Source: a virus (lineage: Duplodnaviria > Caudoviricetes). Taken from it: 39,515 nucleotides of DNA. Each line of letters begins with the position of its first letter. The first letter of the stretch is position 1. A program made the position numbers and the translations under genes. The stretch is taken from IMG/VR virus record IMGVR_UViG_3300022666_000336, positions 1 through 39,515 of that record. The stretch is one strand, 5' to 3'. Shown here in pieces: positions 9,458 to 18,252 of this stretch. The notes below the pieces were generated by a model. The model saw nothing but the letters and a program-made list of their open reading frames with translations, was not told the DNA's origin and searched no databases.

Positions 9458-9699
9458 TATCTATTCCTCATGAATTCTTCCGCCGTCCGCTGCCTATTTT
9501 TGTTCTCATCCATGACCTGCCGCATTTCGTACCAGTCAAGAAGATCGTCAAAGGTGTAGGTGCCGTCAAATACTTCATGCTGCCGCCATGCCCCGGCCAT
9601 GACCGGAGCATAGGCAAATCCGTCTACGTTTTCGCATTGAACAGGGATAAAGCCTGGAAGCTCCCCATGGCTGACTTCAATGCGTTTTCTTCGAAAAAA
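9457..9699 (-). CDS. Minus-1 frame C-terminal extension of tail assembly chaperone (G-T type product); not in ORF track
   Basis: Frame open from slippery T-TTT-TTC (9699-9693) to TAA overlapping the tape measure ATG; encodes ...FAYAPVMAGAWRQHEVFDGTYTFDDLLDWYEMRQVMDENKNRQR... Confidence 0.75.
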   Translation of the reverse strand, partial: FFRRKRIEVSHGELPGFIPVQCENVDGFAYAPVMAGAWRQHEVFDGTYTFDDLLDWYEMRQVMDENKNRQRTAEEFMRNR

Positions 9700-10088
9700 G
9701 ACGTGATATTGAACAGCAACGCGTGAATGGTAAGAGCAAGAACCGTCATGACATCATTGTCCAGATCAGAAACGCCAAACTTCCCGTCTGCCATCATGAC
9801 ATTGACCGGAAGCTCCTGCCCGCCAGCAGATTGCAGCTCCTTGCATACCGAGAGGCAATCTTTCTGGAAAGCAATAAACTCTGCCTTGCTCATGCTGGAT
9901 GACATGAGCCCCGCCTGCATGGCCGCTGCCTGTTCCTCCGGTTTCGCGTTCTGCAGCTGCATGAGAGACGGCAGCATCTTGGTCATGACCTGGTACGCAA
10001 TAAAGGAGCCGGTCAGAGCGTCGAATTTCTCAATCCTCCACCGCCGTTCTGCCAGCTCCACGATTTTGAATGTTTCCCGTTTACTCAT
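9624..10088 (-). CDS. Tail assembly chaperone
   Basis: Between tube and tape measure; slippery heptamer near 3' end; likely start MSKRETF at 10088. Confidence 0.78.
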   Translation of the reverse strand: MSKRETFKIVELAERRWRIEKFDALTGSFIAYQVMTKMLPSLMQLQNAKPEEQAAAMQAGLMSSSMSKAEFIAFQKDCLSVCKELQSAGGQELPVNVMMADGKFGVSDLDNDVMTVLALTIHALLFNITSFFEENALKSAMGSFQALSLFNAKT

Positions 10089-10296
10089 TTCTTTTCCCTT
10101 CTTTTTCAGTCCATCTGCATATCCCATCGGTATATTTCAGACATATTTTATTTTCATACCGAGCTCCAACAGATAATTCATTGCAGAGTGGTTTCGGTTT
10201 AGGCGGATCAATAATTTCCGCAACATCTGAAATCGTTTGTAACACCGCACAGGCCGGAAATACGATTAGGCATAAAGTTAAAATAATTCGCTTCAT
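10081..10296 (-). CDS. Small putative lipoprotein
   Basis: MKRIILTLCLIVFPA-C leader; three further Cys; inserted between tube and chaperone. Confidence 0.55.
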   Translation of the reverse strand: MKRIILTLCLIVFPACAVLQTISDVAEIIDPPKPKPLCNELSVGARYENKICLKYTDGICRWTEKEGKRNE

Positions 10297-10303
10297 ATAA
10301 CAC

Positions 10304-10744
10304 CTACGCCGGCAAGCTCTGAATATCAGCGGCCATCAGCACCCAGGTAACCATTTGCCCCTGCGCCTGATAGCTCTTGTCGCCCTTCTTCTGGAAACTC
10401 ATTCCCATGGAAACATGGCTTGACCCGTCTGCGGTATTTCGCATGGTGGCCGTCATCATCGCCCACTGGTCGGTGTCCGCAATCAAGAGAGAGTTGTACG
10501 CGGACAAGAGCCATTTATGCACAGCTGATGTCTGCTGGCACTGAATGGAAATGGTGCCGTTGTTTCCGGGTATTTTGCTGACCATGATGGACCCGTCCGC
10601 CGCTACATTGTGGGCGGTCTTTTCCGTTGTCATGACAATATCAATCTGACCGACGCCCTCGCCCGTAAAGGTATATGCGCCCAGAAGCGGGTGGGCGATT
10701 GCGCCTGAAAGATCACTAAAGCTGTAAGTCGTGGGTTTAAACAT
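10304..10744 (-). CDS. Tail tube protein (DUF3277-like)
   Basis: TYSFSD, VAADG, QQTS motifs; follows sheath. Confidence 0.88.
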   Translation of the reverse strand: MFKPTTYSFSDLSGAIAHPLLGAYTFTGEGVGQIDIVMTTEKTAHNVAADGSIMVSKIPGNNGTISIQCQQTSAVHKWLLSAYNSLLIADTDQWAMMTATMRNTADGSSHVSMGMSFQKKGDKSYQAQGQMVTWVLMAADIQSLPA

Positions 10745-10761
10745 TCCTCAATCCTCCTTTG

Positions 10762-12147
10762 TTATACGTTGACATAAACGCCGATCAGGCAGCTGTGAAT
10801 GGCGCCTGCTTCTTTTACCGCAACATAGATGTTCGGACATTTCCTGGCAGCGCGGTCCGCGTCGCTCTGCTCACTGCTTCGCACCGCCTGCGTCAGATAC
10901 CCTTTCGGAAGCACATCATCGGTGTTCAGATTCAGGATCGGTGATCCCGTCCAGGTGCCGGGCGCCAGATAGCCAATGGTTACCGCATCGTCACACGCCT
11001 CGTTGATGGCATGCACTATCTGATTCACTCCGGCATCGGTCTGAGGTATCTTTGGATTCTGGTACAAGAGGTCCATGACGTTCAGCTGGATGTTGCTCTT
11101 CAGCATGTCGCGGTTGATAATCTGATCGAAGAAAATACCGCTTGCCATGACGCCCTGCTCGAATATCTTGTAATAGTTTCCGTAATACAGATACAGGTTT
11201 CCGTTGTTCCCTTCGATGTTGCTGATCGAAGTCGGGTCAAGCGGCTCAATGGCAATGCCGATCTCGTTCTTGAATTTGAGCGTGAAGGCAGAATTCGCAA
11301 GACCGTTGTTCTGGCCCATGGCATAGCCGACAATCGCGCAGATAGCATAGATGTTGTTCGGATATGCGGCGCTCTGGGTGGTCGTATACTGTCCGATGGT
11401 GCGCCCATATCCCAGGGCTTTGAGTGCCGCAAAGATATTCCCCGCGGTATTCGTCGGGACGTCTGCATCGGTGGTGGTGAAAGCATACAATGAATCCGGG
11501 CTTGCAGATTCAATGTAACCAGCGATTGCCAGATGATCAGACTTCGCCGCTTCCGGACAAATCGCAACGTACCAATCAAAATTCATGTTCCGGCAGGATT
11601 CAACCGCTTCAAGGAATGACTCGCCAACAGCGGTAATGTTCAGCGTTGCGCCGGTCCCGGTTCCTCCGGTCGTTGCCAATGCGGATGCAACCGAATAGCC
11701 TTCTCCGATAGGCAATGACGGGTTCGTAATCGTGAGAATCGTTCCGTCAGCGTCCACGGTTGCAACCTTGACTTTTCCTCCCGATGCTCCGGATTGCACA
11801 ATGGTAAGCTCGTCGCCGACCGCATAGCCGGTTGTGCCGTTGTTCACGGTGGCGGTCTTTAATGCCGTGGCGCACTTCCTGCCTACCCAACCGTATTTCG
11901 GAGCCGGACTCTGGCTGAAATAAATCTGCATGGCGATGTATTCAGGGTCCGTGGTCAGGAAGCCGTCAGCTGCCATTTCTGTTGCAAATTGTTCTGTATA
12001 CTTTTTAAGCTTTGTTGCGTTCGCAATATGCGTGCTCGTTCCGATGATCAATGCCTGGTTGAACGTATTTCTGGGGGCCGCCAGGGGCGATACCTGAATG
12101 TTGACATCGACGATATTGCTTAATGCTAATGTGTTGACCGTTGTCAT
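10762..12147 (-). CDS. Tail sheath protein (DUF3383-like)
   Basis: IVDVNI, DPEY..YFSQSP.P, TLKFK, KIPQTDAG, DRAARK, AGAIH motifs. Confidence 0.92.
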   Translation of the reverse strand: MTTVNTLALSNIVDVNIQVSPLAAPRNTFNQALIIGTSTHIANATKLKKYTEQFATEMAADGFLTTDPEYIAMQIYFSQSPAPKYGWVGRKCATALKTATVNNGTTGYAVGDELTIVQSGASGGKVKVATVDADGTILTITNPSLPIGEGYSVASALATTGGTGTGATLNITAVGESFLEAVESCRNMNFDWYVAICPEAAKSDHLAIAGYIESASPDSLYAFTTTDADVPTNTAGNIFAALKALGYGRTIGQYTTTQSAAYPNNIYAICAIVGYAMGQNNGLANSAFTLKFKNEIGIAIEPLDPTSISNIEGNNGNLYLYYGNYYKIFEQGVMASGIFFDQIINRDMLKSNIQLNVMDLLYQNPKIPQTDAGVNQIVHAINEACDDAVTIGYLAPGTWTGSPILNLNTDDVLPKGYLTQAVRSSEQSDADRAARKCPNIYVAVKEAGAIHSCLIGVYVNV

Positions 12148-12148
12148 G

Positions 12149-12718
12149 TTATTCCTCCTCGGGTATTGTTATTGTTTCTGAAAACGTGCCGTCTGTAAGA
12201 ATGATTCCAGCACTTCGCAGATACGGCACGGCAAGTTCTCGTTTCACCAGCTCGTTAAAATCAATGGTCAGATCGGTGCGCTCCCACCACTGGTTATTGA
12301 ACGCCTCCGGTATCCGGCGCGGGGCCTGAATGTTCGGAATGAGATATATATTGTTTTTCACCAGCGTGTTGTGCCCCTCGGAATAGAAAAGCTGGTCGCG
12401 TACCACCTGTGCGTTTTCAAAAGAATTCGGGCCGTAGAATGTCCACGTCACCTGAAGCACGCGCGTGTAGCTGGTGTGCAGCGTCGTTCCGTCATACTGC
12501 GCGTCACGCTGCTTGTTGTACGGGTCCTCTTTCTCAATGATTCTGAGAAAGCACACATCTTCGGTTATCTTCCACGCGGGGGCGCCGGTCTGCGGCCACG
12601 CTATCCGAACGAAGTAATACGGATTGTCCGCCGTTATCCCCAGCATGCTGACGGTCAGGGCTTGGAAAAGCTGGTTCAGCTGGCTTAATGTCAGATAGAT
12701 TTCACTCACCTGATTCAC
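12149..12718 (-). CDS. Neck/tail terminator protein
   Basis: WTFYGPNS and NNQWWERTDL motifs; just before sheath. Confidence 0.75.
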   Translation of the reverse strand: MNQVSEIYLTLSQLNQLFQALTVSMLGITADNPYYFVRIAWPQTGAPAWKITEDVCFLRIIEKEDPYNKQRDAQYDGTTLHTSYTRVLQVTWTFYGPNSFENAQVVRDQLFYSEGHNTLVKNNIYLIPNIQAPRRIPEAFNNQWWERTDLTIDFNELVKRELAVPYLRSAGIILTDGTFSETITIPEEE

Positions 12719-13196
12719 CGCGCACTACATAGATAATGGATTTTCTAAGCTGGCCGGTATCAATAAGCGGACGGTCAGAACCCTTTTGCTTAACTGTATT
12801 AGCTTTATTCGGGGCCCAGCCGTTCCGGGGATCCTCGAACCAGTCACGCGCCGCGTTCTGGCCGGCCATCCCCGCCCGTTTTAAATATTTCGTCGCTTCG
12901 TCTTCTTTATGATCGAGCGTTGACCGGGCTGCTGTTTTAAGCTCTCCGGTTATGCGCTCCTTGTTTCCTGATGCCTCAATGGCGGGCTCAATAACTGGCC
13001 TCGCCGGAATCCCGCGCAATGCGCTTCCGTGCGTATGGATATACATGAGCTGCGCGTTTGTTACTGCGTCACCCCTGCGCCCCGACTTGTTCTCAGGAAT
13101 GCCGACATAAACCTGCATCTTGGTAATCTGCAAGAGCTTGTTGGCAAGGTCTTTCATTCCGTCATCGCCGTTATCTTTTATCCCGACTTTGATCAT
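12702..13196 (-). CDS. Neck/tail completion protein
   Basis: VYVGIP, HTHGS..IPARP, KGSDRPLIDTGQLRKSI motifs; likely start MIKVG at 13196 (ATGA overlap). Confidence 0.8.
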   Translation of the reverse strand: MIKVGIKDNGDDGMKDLANKLLQITKMQVYVGIPENKSGRRGDAVTNAQLMYIHTHGSALRGIPARPVIEPAIEASGNKERITGELKTAARSTLDHKEDEATKYLKRAGMAGQNAARDWFEDPRNGWAPNKANTVKQKGSDRPLIDTGQLRKSIIYVVRGESGE

Positions 13197-13510
13197 GATG
13201 CGTATTTCACCCGTTTGACCGTGTATTCGGTGCTCCCCCAGCCTTCTTTCCCTGTGCCATAAGTCCAATGCAATGTAACGGTTCTTATTTCTTCAAGCTT
13301 GGTTGTGCTGATCATGGCATTTTGGTCGGCTGTAATATTTATGGAAGGCGGAGTAAAGGCGGTCAGTGGAACAATGCTCTGACCGCTCTCATCGTCTATT
13401 CGGTATTCGGCAGAAGTAGGAACGACAGCATCGCCGTTTTCATCGGTAAACGATGCTGTTATCAGATAAAATGTTTTTTCATTCACTGAACCTACGTTCT
13501 GAATTTCCAT
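13193..13510 (-). CDS. Small Ig-like virion accessory protein
   Basis: Beta-strand pattern, FTDENGDAVVP motif; last gene of the neck insert. Confidence 0.5.
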   Translation of the reverse strand: MEIQNVGSVNEKTFYLITASFTDENGDAVVPTSAEYRIDDESGQSIVPLTAFTPPSINITADQNAMISTTKLEEIRTVTLHWTYGTGKEGWGSTEYTVKRVKYAS

Positions 13511-13512
13511 GA

Positions 13513-14037
13513 TCAGCTCCAGGTGATGGAAAGGTCGAGGGTCCAGGTCTGGCCGCTGGTCTTGGTGCCCTGTGCCGAAACCTTTCGGTTTAGATTTTTT
13601 CCACTGCCGCTGCTGGCATTCGCCACGGTGAATTCATTCCAAGCGAAGTTTGCCTCTGCTCCGGTGAATACGGCTCTCCAGGTTATGGTTTGGTTTGAAA
13701 TAGATGGATACGTGGTCGACATGGCTTTGTAGAGCTTGTTTGTTGCCGCTTGCAGGTCTGTCTGCGTAGCCGCTTCTGCGGTGTTTGAGTCGCCTACTCC
13801 CAGATAAGAGTTTGCGTTAGAAAAAGCCGTTGCCGTTCCGCCCGTGAGCAGAAGCAAGAATTCTCCGATACCTTCATTCAGAAGAATATTATCTTTAATG
13901 TGAGACACGGAATACGGGTTGTTATCCTCGAATGCTTGATCGTTCTCATATTTTTTAATTGTCCATTGCGAATCATGGATGATGATGTCGTTCACCAATC
14001 CTGCTTTTTTCAAGTGTTTTAATAAGTTTCTGATCAT
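13513..14037 (-). CDS. Virion accessory (collar/fibre-anchor-like) protein
   Basis: YLGVGDSNTAEAATQTDL and FTGAEANFAWNEF resemble tail-collar fibre N-terminal domains. Confidence 0.6.
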   Translation of the reverse strand: MIRNLLKHLKKAGLVNDIIIHDSQWTIKKYENDQAFEDNNPYSVSHIKDNILLNEGIGEFLLLLTGGTATAFSNANSYLGVGDSNTAEAATQTDLQAATNKLYKAMSTTYPSISNQTITWRAVFTGAEANFAWNEFTVANASSGSGKNLNRKVSAQGTKTSGQTWTLDLSITWS

Positions 14038-15146
14038 GAGAGTCCTCCTCTAAAGGTTATTTTTCCAGTTTTTCCGGAGATTGTTATATTAGCCTGTTTA
14101 CCGCCAAAGCCCATTGATGGTCTTTTCCCTGTAAATGTGATTGTTATTGTTTTTGCTTCTTCTCCGATAATGCGAAATAAAATTTCTTGTCCAGACGCCA
14201 AGTCGGAAACTTGAGCTATTACCGAGAGCGCGGTTAATAAATCAATTCCATTTCCCGAATCGTTTATTGCAAGGCTTACCGAAACAGGGCCAATGCTTTC
14301 TGATGCTGCAGCCGAGTCCGCCACAACTTTAAAAACTTCTATGAGCCTCGAAATATCATCAGCGCCATTTCCTACATCAGAAAGCGAAATGCTGACCGAT
14401 ATGGACGGTGCATCTGTTCCCTGTCCTGAATCTGTTGCAGTCACATTCGCCGATATGCCGATAGAGTCACTTGCCGATCCCGAATCATAAATGCTCATCA
14501 AAATATCTTTTAAAACAGTGAGCGCATCTGAAGCGGTGGCGGTGTCAATTAGAGATAAACTCACTGACACTGCTATTGCATCGTCTCCTTGTGCCGTCTC
14601 TACAGCATAAACATTGACTGATATTCCAACTGCATCATTTGCCGCCGCTGCATCATCTATGGCAATCAGTATTGCCTGAACAATGGAAAGAGCGTCAGAC
14701 CCAGATCCCACATCAGAAATAATGAACGTTGCCGAAATTGAATTATTATCAGCGCCGCTACCGGAATCCTCTATTGATACCTGCGCTCCTATGTCGATGC
14801 TGTCTGTAGCAGAACCTGAATCGCCCAAAGGCAACTGTGCAATAATCTGATAAATTGAATCAACGCCAGCACCAGAATCATTCAACCCGAGTTGAGCAAG
14901 AAGTTGGGCGATTGCGTCTGTTCCTGATCCAGCATCTGTAAGTTCCAGTCCAGCACCCATCCCGAATGAGTCAGCACCCTGCCCTGTTTCTGAAATTGCA
15001 AGCCCCACCGCGATTACAAGATCGTCAGAGCTCGCACCTGTGTCTGTAATGGTAATAGTAGTATCTCCACCGGTCACAGCCTTTGATGCCCACGGCAAGG
15101 ACCGGCGTCTCCTTCTGTACGGCGTATTTCGCAGAAAGATTGGCAT
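14034..15146 (-). CDS. Acidic repeat-rich fibre-like protein
   Basis: About 16 degenerate 18-20 aa repeats with core (I/L)xD(S/T)GxGxD; Arg-rich N-terminus. Confidence 0.65.
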   Translation of the reverse strand: MPIFLRNTPYRRRRRSLPWASKAVTGGDTTITITDTGASSDDLVIAVGLAISETGQGADSFGMGAGLELTDAGSGTDAIAQLLAQLGLNDSGAGVDSIYQIIAQLPLGDSGSATDSIDIGAQVSIEDSGSGADNNSISATFIISDVGSGSDALSIVQAILIAIDDAAAANDAVGISVNVYAVETAQGDDAIAVSVSLSLIDTATASDALTVLKDILMSIYDSGSASDSIGISANVTATDSGQGTDAPSISVSISLSDVGNGADDISRLIEVFKVVADSAAASESIGPVSVSLAINDSGNGIDLLTALSVIAQVSDLASGQEILFRIIGEEAKTITITFTGKRPSMGFGGKQANITISGKTGKITFRGGLS

Positions 15147-15631
15147 TATTCCTCTTCAATAATGAACGTGAATTGCCCGGTAAAATCATCCCCCGGAGTT
15201 GTCTGCATCCGTACCGCCAGAGCCTCGCCGTTCTTTGCCTTCGGGCAGAACCGGTCATCGGGAAACCAGAAATCAAAGGGAGAATTTCTGATGTTCCAGC
15301 CAAGCTCCGCGAGTGTTACCGATGTTCCTGATGTTGTGGCAACTGTCGTATTGCCACACTCGCATGCTGCTCCGGCTGCAGCGTCCGCGCTATCCATCGG
15401 AGCAGGGGTAACTGCTGACCCTCCGGATCCGCTCGTTACCGTCGCCGGAAGTCGTATAACACTTATTCGGAGTCCCTCTTCTTGCGCGTCAGATACCTCG
15501 GAAATCTGGCTAAGCACCATTCCGCGCAGCTTTACCGGCTTGTTGCTTGCAGGAGATATTTCGAGCAGGTCAGAGTCTCCGACTGCGGCTGTAATCGTGC
15601 CTTGATACGATACCGTGTATATTCTGCCCAT
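15146..15631 (-). CDS. Virion accessory beta-sandwich protein
   Basis: Likely start MGRIYTV at 15631 (TAATG overlap, GGAGG RBS); TSGSGGSAVTPAP motif. Confidence 0.6.
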   Translation of the reverse strand: MGRIYTVSYQGTITAAVGDSDLLEISPASNKPVKLRGMVLSQISEVSDAQEEGLRISVIRLPATVTSGSGGSAVTPAPMDSADAAAGAACECGNTTVATTSGTSVTLAELGWNIRNSPFDFWFPDDRFCPKAKNGEALAVRMQTTPGDDFTGQFTFIIEEE

Positions 15632-17079
15632 TAAAAAGCCCTCCTCATAAATTGTCTCCGCCTCCGCTGCGGCGCCATTGATAGCTCTGGACCGATGATA
15701 TTTACTGTTTCCAGCGCCTCTCCGGACCATGCAGCAATGGCATCAATCGCCCCGAACGTCGCACCATGAAAAATATTCAGTGCGTTATAAACAGTTCCTT
15801 CCCACACCTGGATTGCTGCTGCTGCAAACGCCCCTGAACAGATACCGACGAATGCTCCTCCCGTGTTGATGAAATTCAAAATATTGCTGATTCCTGTTGC
15901 ATCGAGAGATGATCCGACAGCCAAGCCTCCCGGCATGAACAAACCGCTGTATGATGTCGGAGAAATTGAATTTGCATTGATCCATGCCTCGGCTGCTTCT
16001 GTGTACGATATTCCCATCGCCGTCAGTACGGCCTCAAAACCGGACACACTCGGCGCCCAGGCAAGGCCCGAGGTATTATCAATCAGGAACGGAAGATTGC
16101 TCTGCCGCGCCCAGTTAATTGAACGCTTTAAAAAATCCTTCGTAGTGTCGGTGGTCGTCAGGCCTGAGTCGCTGTCCACCTCGACATGCACCCCGAACAG
16201 CGCCACCCGTCCCTGGCCATATGGAAACTTAATCGCTGCCGGCTGCTGGGTCGTGTTGTAGTACGCGATAATGGAAACCGGCTGATCTTCTGCCGGAACG
16301 AAATACGGACCGCCGTAATAGATATAATTCCGCGTCCATTTTGCGGCCGGGTTCGCTACCTCGCGAATGCGGATGAATATTCCCGGCCCGCGCACGTTCG
16401 TCGTCGTTCCGCCAGCCGTCGCGGTGAGTGTCGGGACCCCTGTGCTTATTCCGGCACTGATAGGAGCACGCACAATAAAACCTCCTATATCGTTGCCGAC
16501 ACTACTGTCCGGTTCTCCCACTTCGGTTACAGTTCCGAAGGTAATCCCACCCTGCGATAGGGATTCTGCGGAAAATTGCGACGGAGTTGTCACGTCGGTC
16601 GGGATGCACATAGCGGCGATGATAAAATCGTTTACCTCGACTCCGGGATCAGAATCAAATGCCAGGGAAACGCTTCCTGCAGACGTATCCTCGCCCGTTG
16701 TTCCCTTGATGTCCCAAACCGTTGTGGTATTCGTCAACCGGAACATGATTGCCCAGGCAATGTCACTTGCAGCCAGGGCTACCGATAAAGATCCGGTTTC
16801 GTTGCCGAGCGCAATTTTTCTGAATGCGAATATATTGCAGTTTCCAGTATCGGCTCCCAGCGTTGTAGAATACCCGCCCGCGCCTATGCGCTGGGTTATC
16901 AGTGCCCATCCTGCCGGAGTTGTCACCGAACCGCTGTTCGCGGCTGACGGCTTCATGCCTATTACCAGAATAAGCGCCTCGCCCGTGATAATACTCGCCG
17001 GATAGGCAACTGATATTGACGTTGCACCGGTAGAGGCTGAGTATGCGAGTGATCCCGGTGTTTGATAGGTAATGGACAC
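15631..17079 (-). CDS. Virion accessory protein: beta-rich N-domain fused to a permuted BPL_N/class I glutamine amidotransferase-like domain
   Basis: YYGGPYF, YGQGRVALFGVHVE, LFMPGG and FINTGGAFVGICSGAF motifs. Confidence 0.7.
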   Translation of the reverse strand: MSITYQTPGSLAYSASTGATSISVAYPASIITGEALILVIGMKPSAANSGSVTTPAGWALITQRIGAGGYSTTLGADTGNCNIFAFRKIALGNETGSLSVALAASDIAWAIMFRLTNTTTVWDIKGTTGEDTSAGSVSLAFDSDPGVEVNDFIIAAMCIPTDVTTPSQFSAESLSQGGITFGTVTEVGEPDSSVGNDIGGFIVRAPISAGISTGVPTLTATAGGTTTNVRGPGIFIRIREVANPAAKWTRNYIYYGGPYFVPAEDQPVSIIAYYNTTQQPAAIKFPYGQGRVALFGVHVEVDSDSGLTTTDTTKDFLKRSINWARQSNLPFLIDNTSGLAWAPSVSGFEAVLTAMGISYTEAAEAWINANSISPTSYSGLFMPGGLAVGSSLDATGISNILNFINTGGAFVGICSGAFAAAAIQVWEGTVYNALNIFHGATFGAIDAIAAWSGEALETVNIIGPELSMAPQRRRRQFMRRAF

Positions 17080-17084
17080 TTATT

Positions 17085-17459
17085 TTAATCCCCGCTCATC
17101 CTGACGCCGATTGCCTTGCAATATCCAAAGGCCATGTAATTCATGACTCGCGCGATTCTGTACCGTACTCCCTGATATACAATCTGATCAGACGTGCCCG
17201 GATTGCTGGCGTCGTTCCGAGTAACATATAAAATCTGCTTTGCGTAGAATGCCATTGATTCTGTTATGCGATCAGCTTCGGGAAGCTGCTGAATGTCTTT
17301 GCTGGAAATAGGAAGGACACAACCATCGGTAACGGTTATCTGCACCGGAGTTCCTTCCTGCCATCCCCCCAGCGCGAATTGTCCGGAGCTGCGGTATATG
17401 GTGAATCCCATGCTCCCGCGGGGAGGATTTATAAAAGGTGCCATGTTCAATAAAGCCAT
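17085..17459 (-). CDS. Head closure protein
   Basis: DIQQLPEADR and SDQIVYQGVRYRI motifs; follows adaptor. Confidence 0.72.
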   Translation of the reverse strand: MALLNMAPFINPPRGSMGFTIYRSSGQFALGGWQEGTPVQITVTDGCVLPISSKDIQQLPEADRITESMAFYAKQILYVTRNDASNPGTSDQIVYQGVRYRIARVMNYMAFGYCKAIGVRMSGD

Positions 17460-17466
17460 GGTTCTC

Positions 17467-17841
17467 TCACATGATCTGCACGGCGCAGCCGCCTACCAGA
17501 CGCGCCATGCGCAAGAATTGTTGGCCATAGGTGGTAAGGTTCCACTGGCCTCCACGCTCTTCGGTGGTATTGTTTGTGTCGAAACTCGCGCTTACATCTC
17601 CTACTGATTGACTGTTTATGAGTCCGGTATTGTTTCCCGGCTGGCCGCCTATTTTGTTGTTTTTTGCCAGCACAAGATGGTGGGCAAGAGCAAGCGACAT
17701 TCCGACGTCATACAATCCCTGCCAGCGTGTTTTGTCGACATACGCACCGGCCACGGATGACCAGAACGTAAGCATTGGGTCCGAATAGTCGGAAGAGCTG
17801 TTGAATTCGGGAAAGTTCTGTCGGAATGTCGCGTTGTCCAT
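17467..17841 (-). CDS. Head-tail adaptor (DUF4054-like)
   Basis: FRQNFPEF, LAHHL, SVGDVS, WNLTTYGQQF motifs. Confidence 0.88.
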   Translation of the reverse strand: MDNATFRQNFPEFNSSSDYSDPMLTFWSSVAGAYVDKTRWQGLYDVGMSLALAHHLVLAKNNKIGGQPGNNTGLINSQSVGDVSASFDTNNTTEERGGQWNLTTYGQQFLRMARLVGGCAVQIM

Positions 17842-17847
17842 AACGGT

Positions 17848-18243
17848 TTACTCCTGGGCCTTTGTGTTCTTGGTCTTGTTCTTCGCATCATTGCCGATTG
17901 ACTTTGCTTTTTCTTCAGCGTCGGCAATAATGGCGTTCAGCTGTTCTTCACCTGCTGCCACGATCTTGGCGGCCTGGTCCTCGGCATCCTTGATGATGGC
18001 TGCCGCCTTTTCTTTGGCGTCGGCAAGGATTTTTTCAGCTTCTGCGCTTGCAGTTGCTGCATCAGTGGCCTTGTCTGATGCCTCCTGTCCCTCTGGTACG
18101 ACATCTCCCGCAGCGATGTATGCCTGCAAGAAAGGACTGTCCAGGAAATCTTCGGGGATCTCCTGGTTAGGCTGGCCGGCCATAAGTTCAAGCACCTGAC
18201 CCTTGTGGCGGACTATTCTGCTATTCTTTACGATAACTTTCAT
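17848..18243 (-). CDS. Hypothetical protein after capsid gene, with 11-residue coiled-coil repeats
   Basis: AEKILADAKEK/AAAIIKDAEDQ/AAKIVAAGEEQ/LNAIIADAEEK repeats; GGAG RBS. Confidence 0.65.
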   Translation of the reverse strand: MKVIVKNSRIVRHKGQVLELMAGQPNQEIPEDFLDSPFLQAYIAAGDVVPEGQEASDKATDAATASAEAEKILADAKEKAAAIIKDAEDQAAKIVAAGEEQLNAIIADAEEKAKSIGNDAKNKTKNTKAQE

Positions 18244-18252
18244 GTCAGCTCC

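Noticed and set aside
3911-12147. Tailocin or contractile injection system
   Set aside because: Complete head, packaging and replication modules are present
15090-15146. Tat signal in the Arg-rich N-terminus
   Set aside because: No hydrophobic h-region after the arginines
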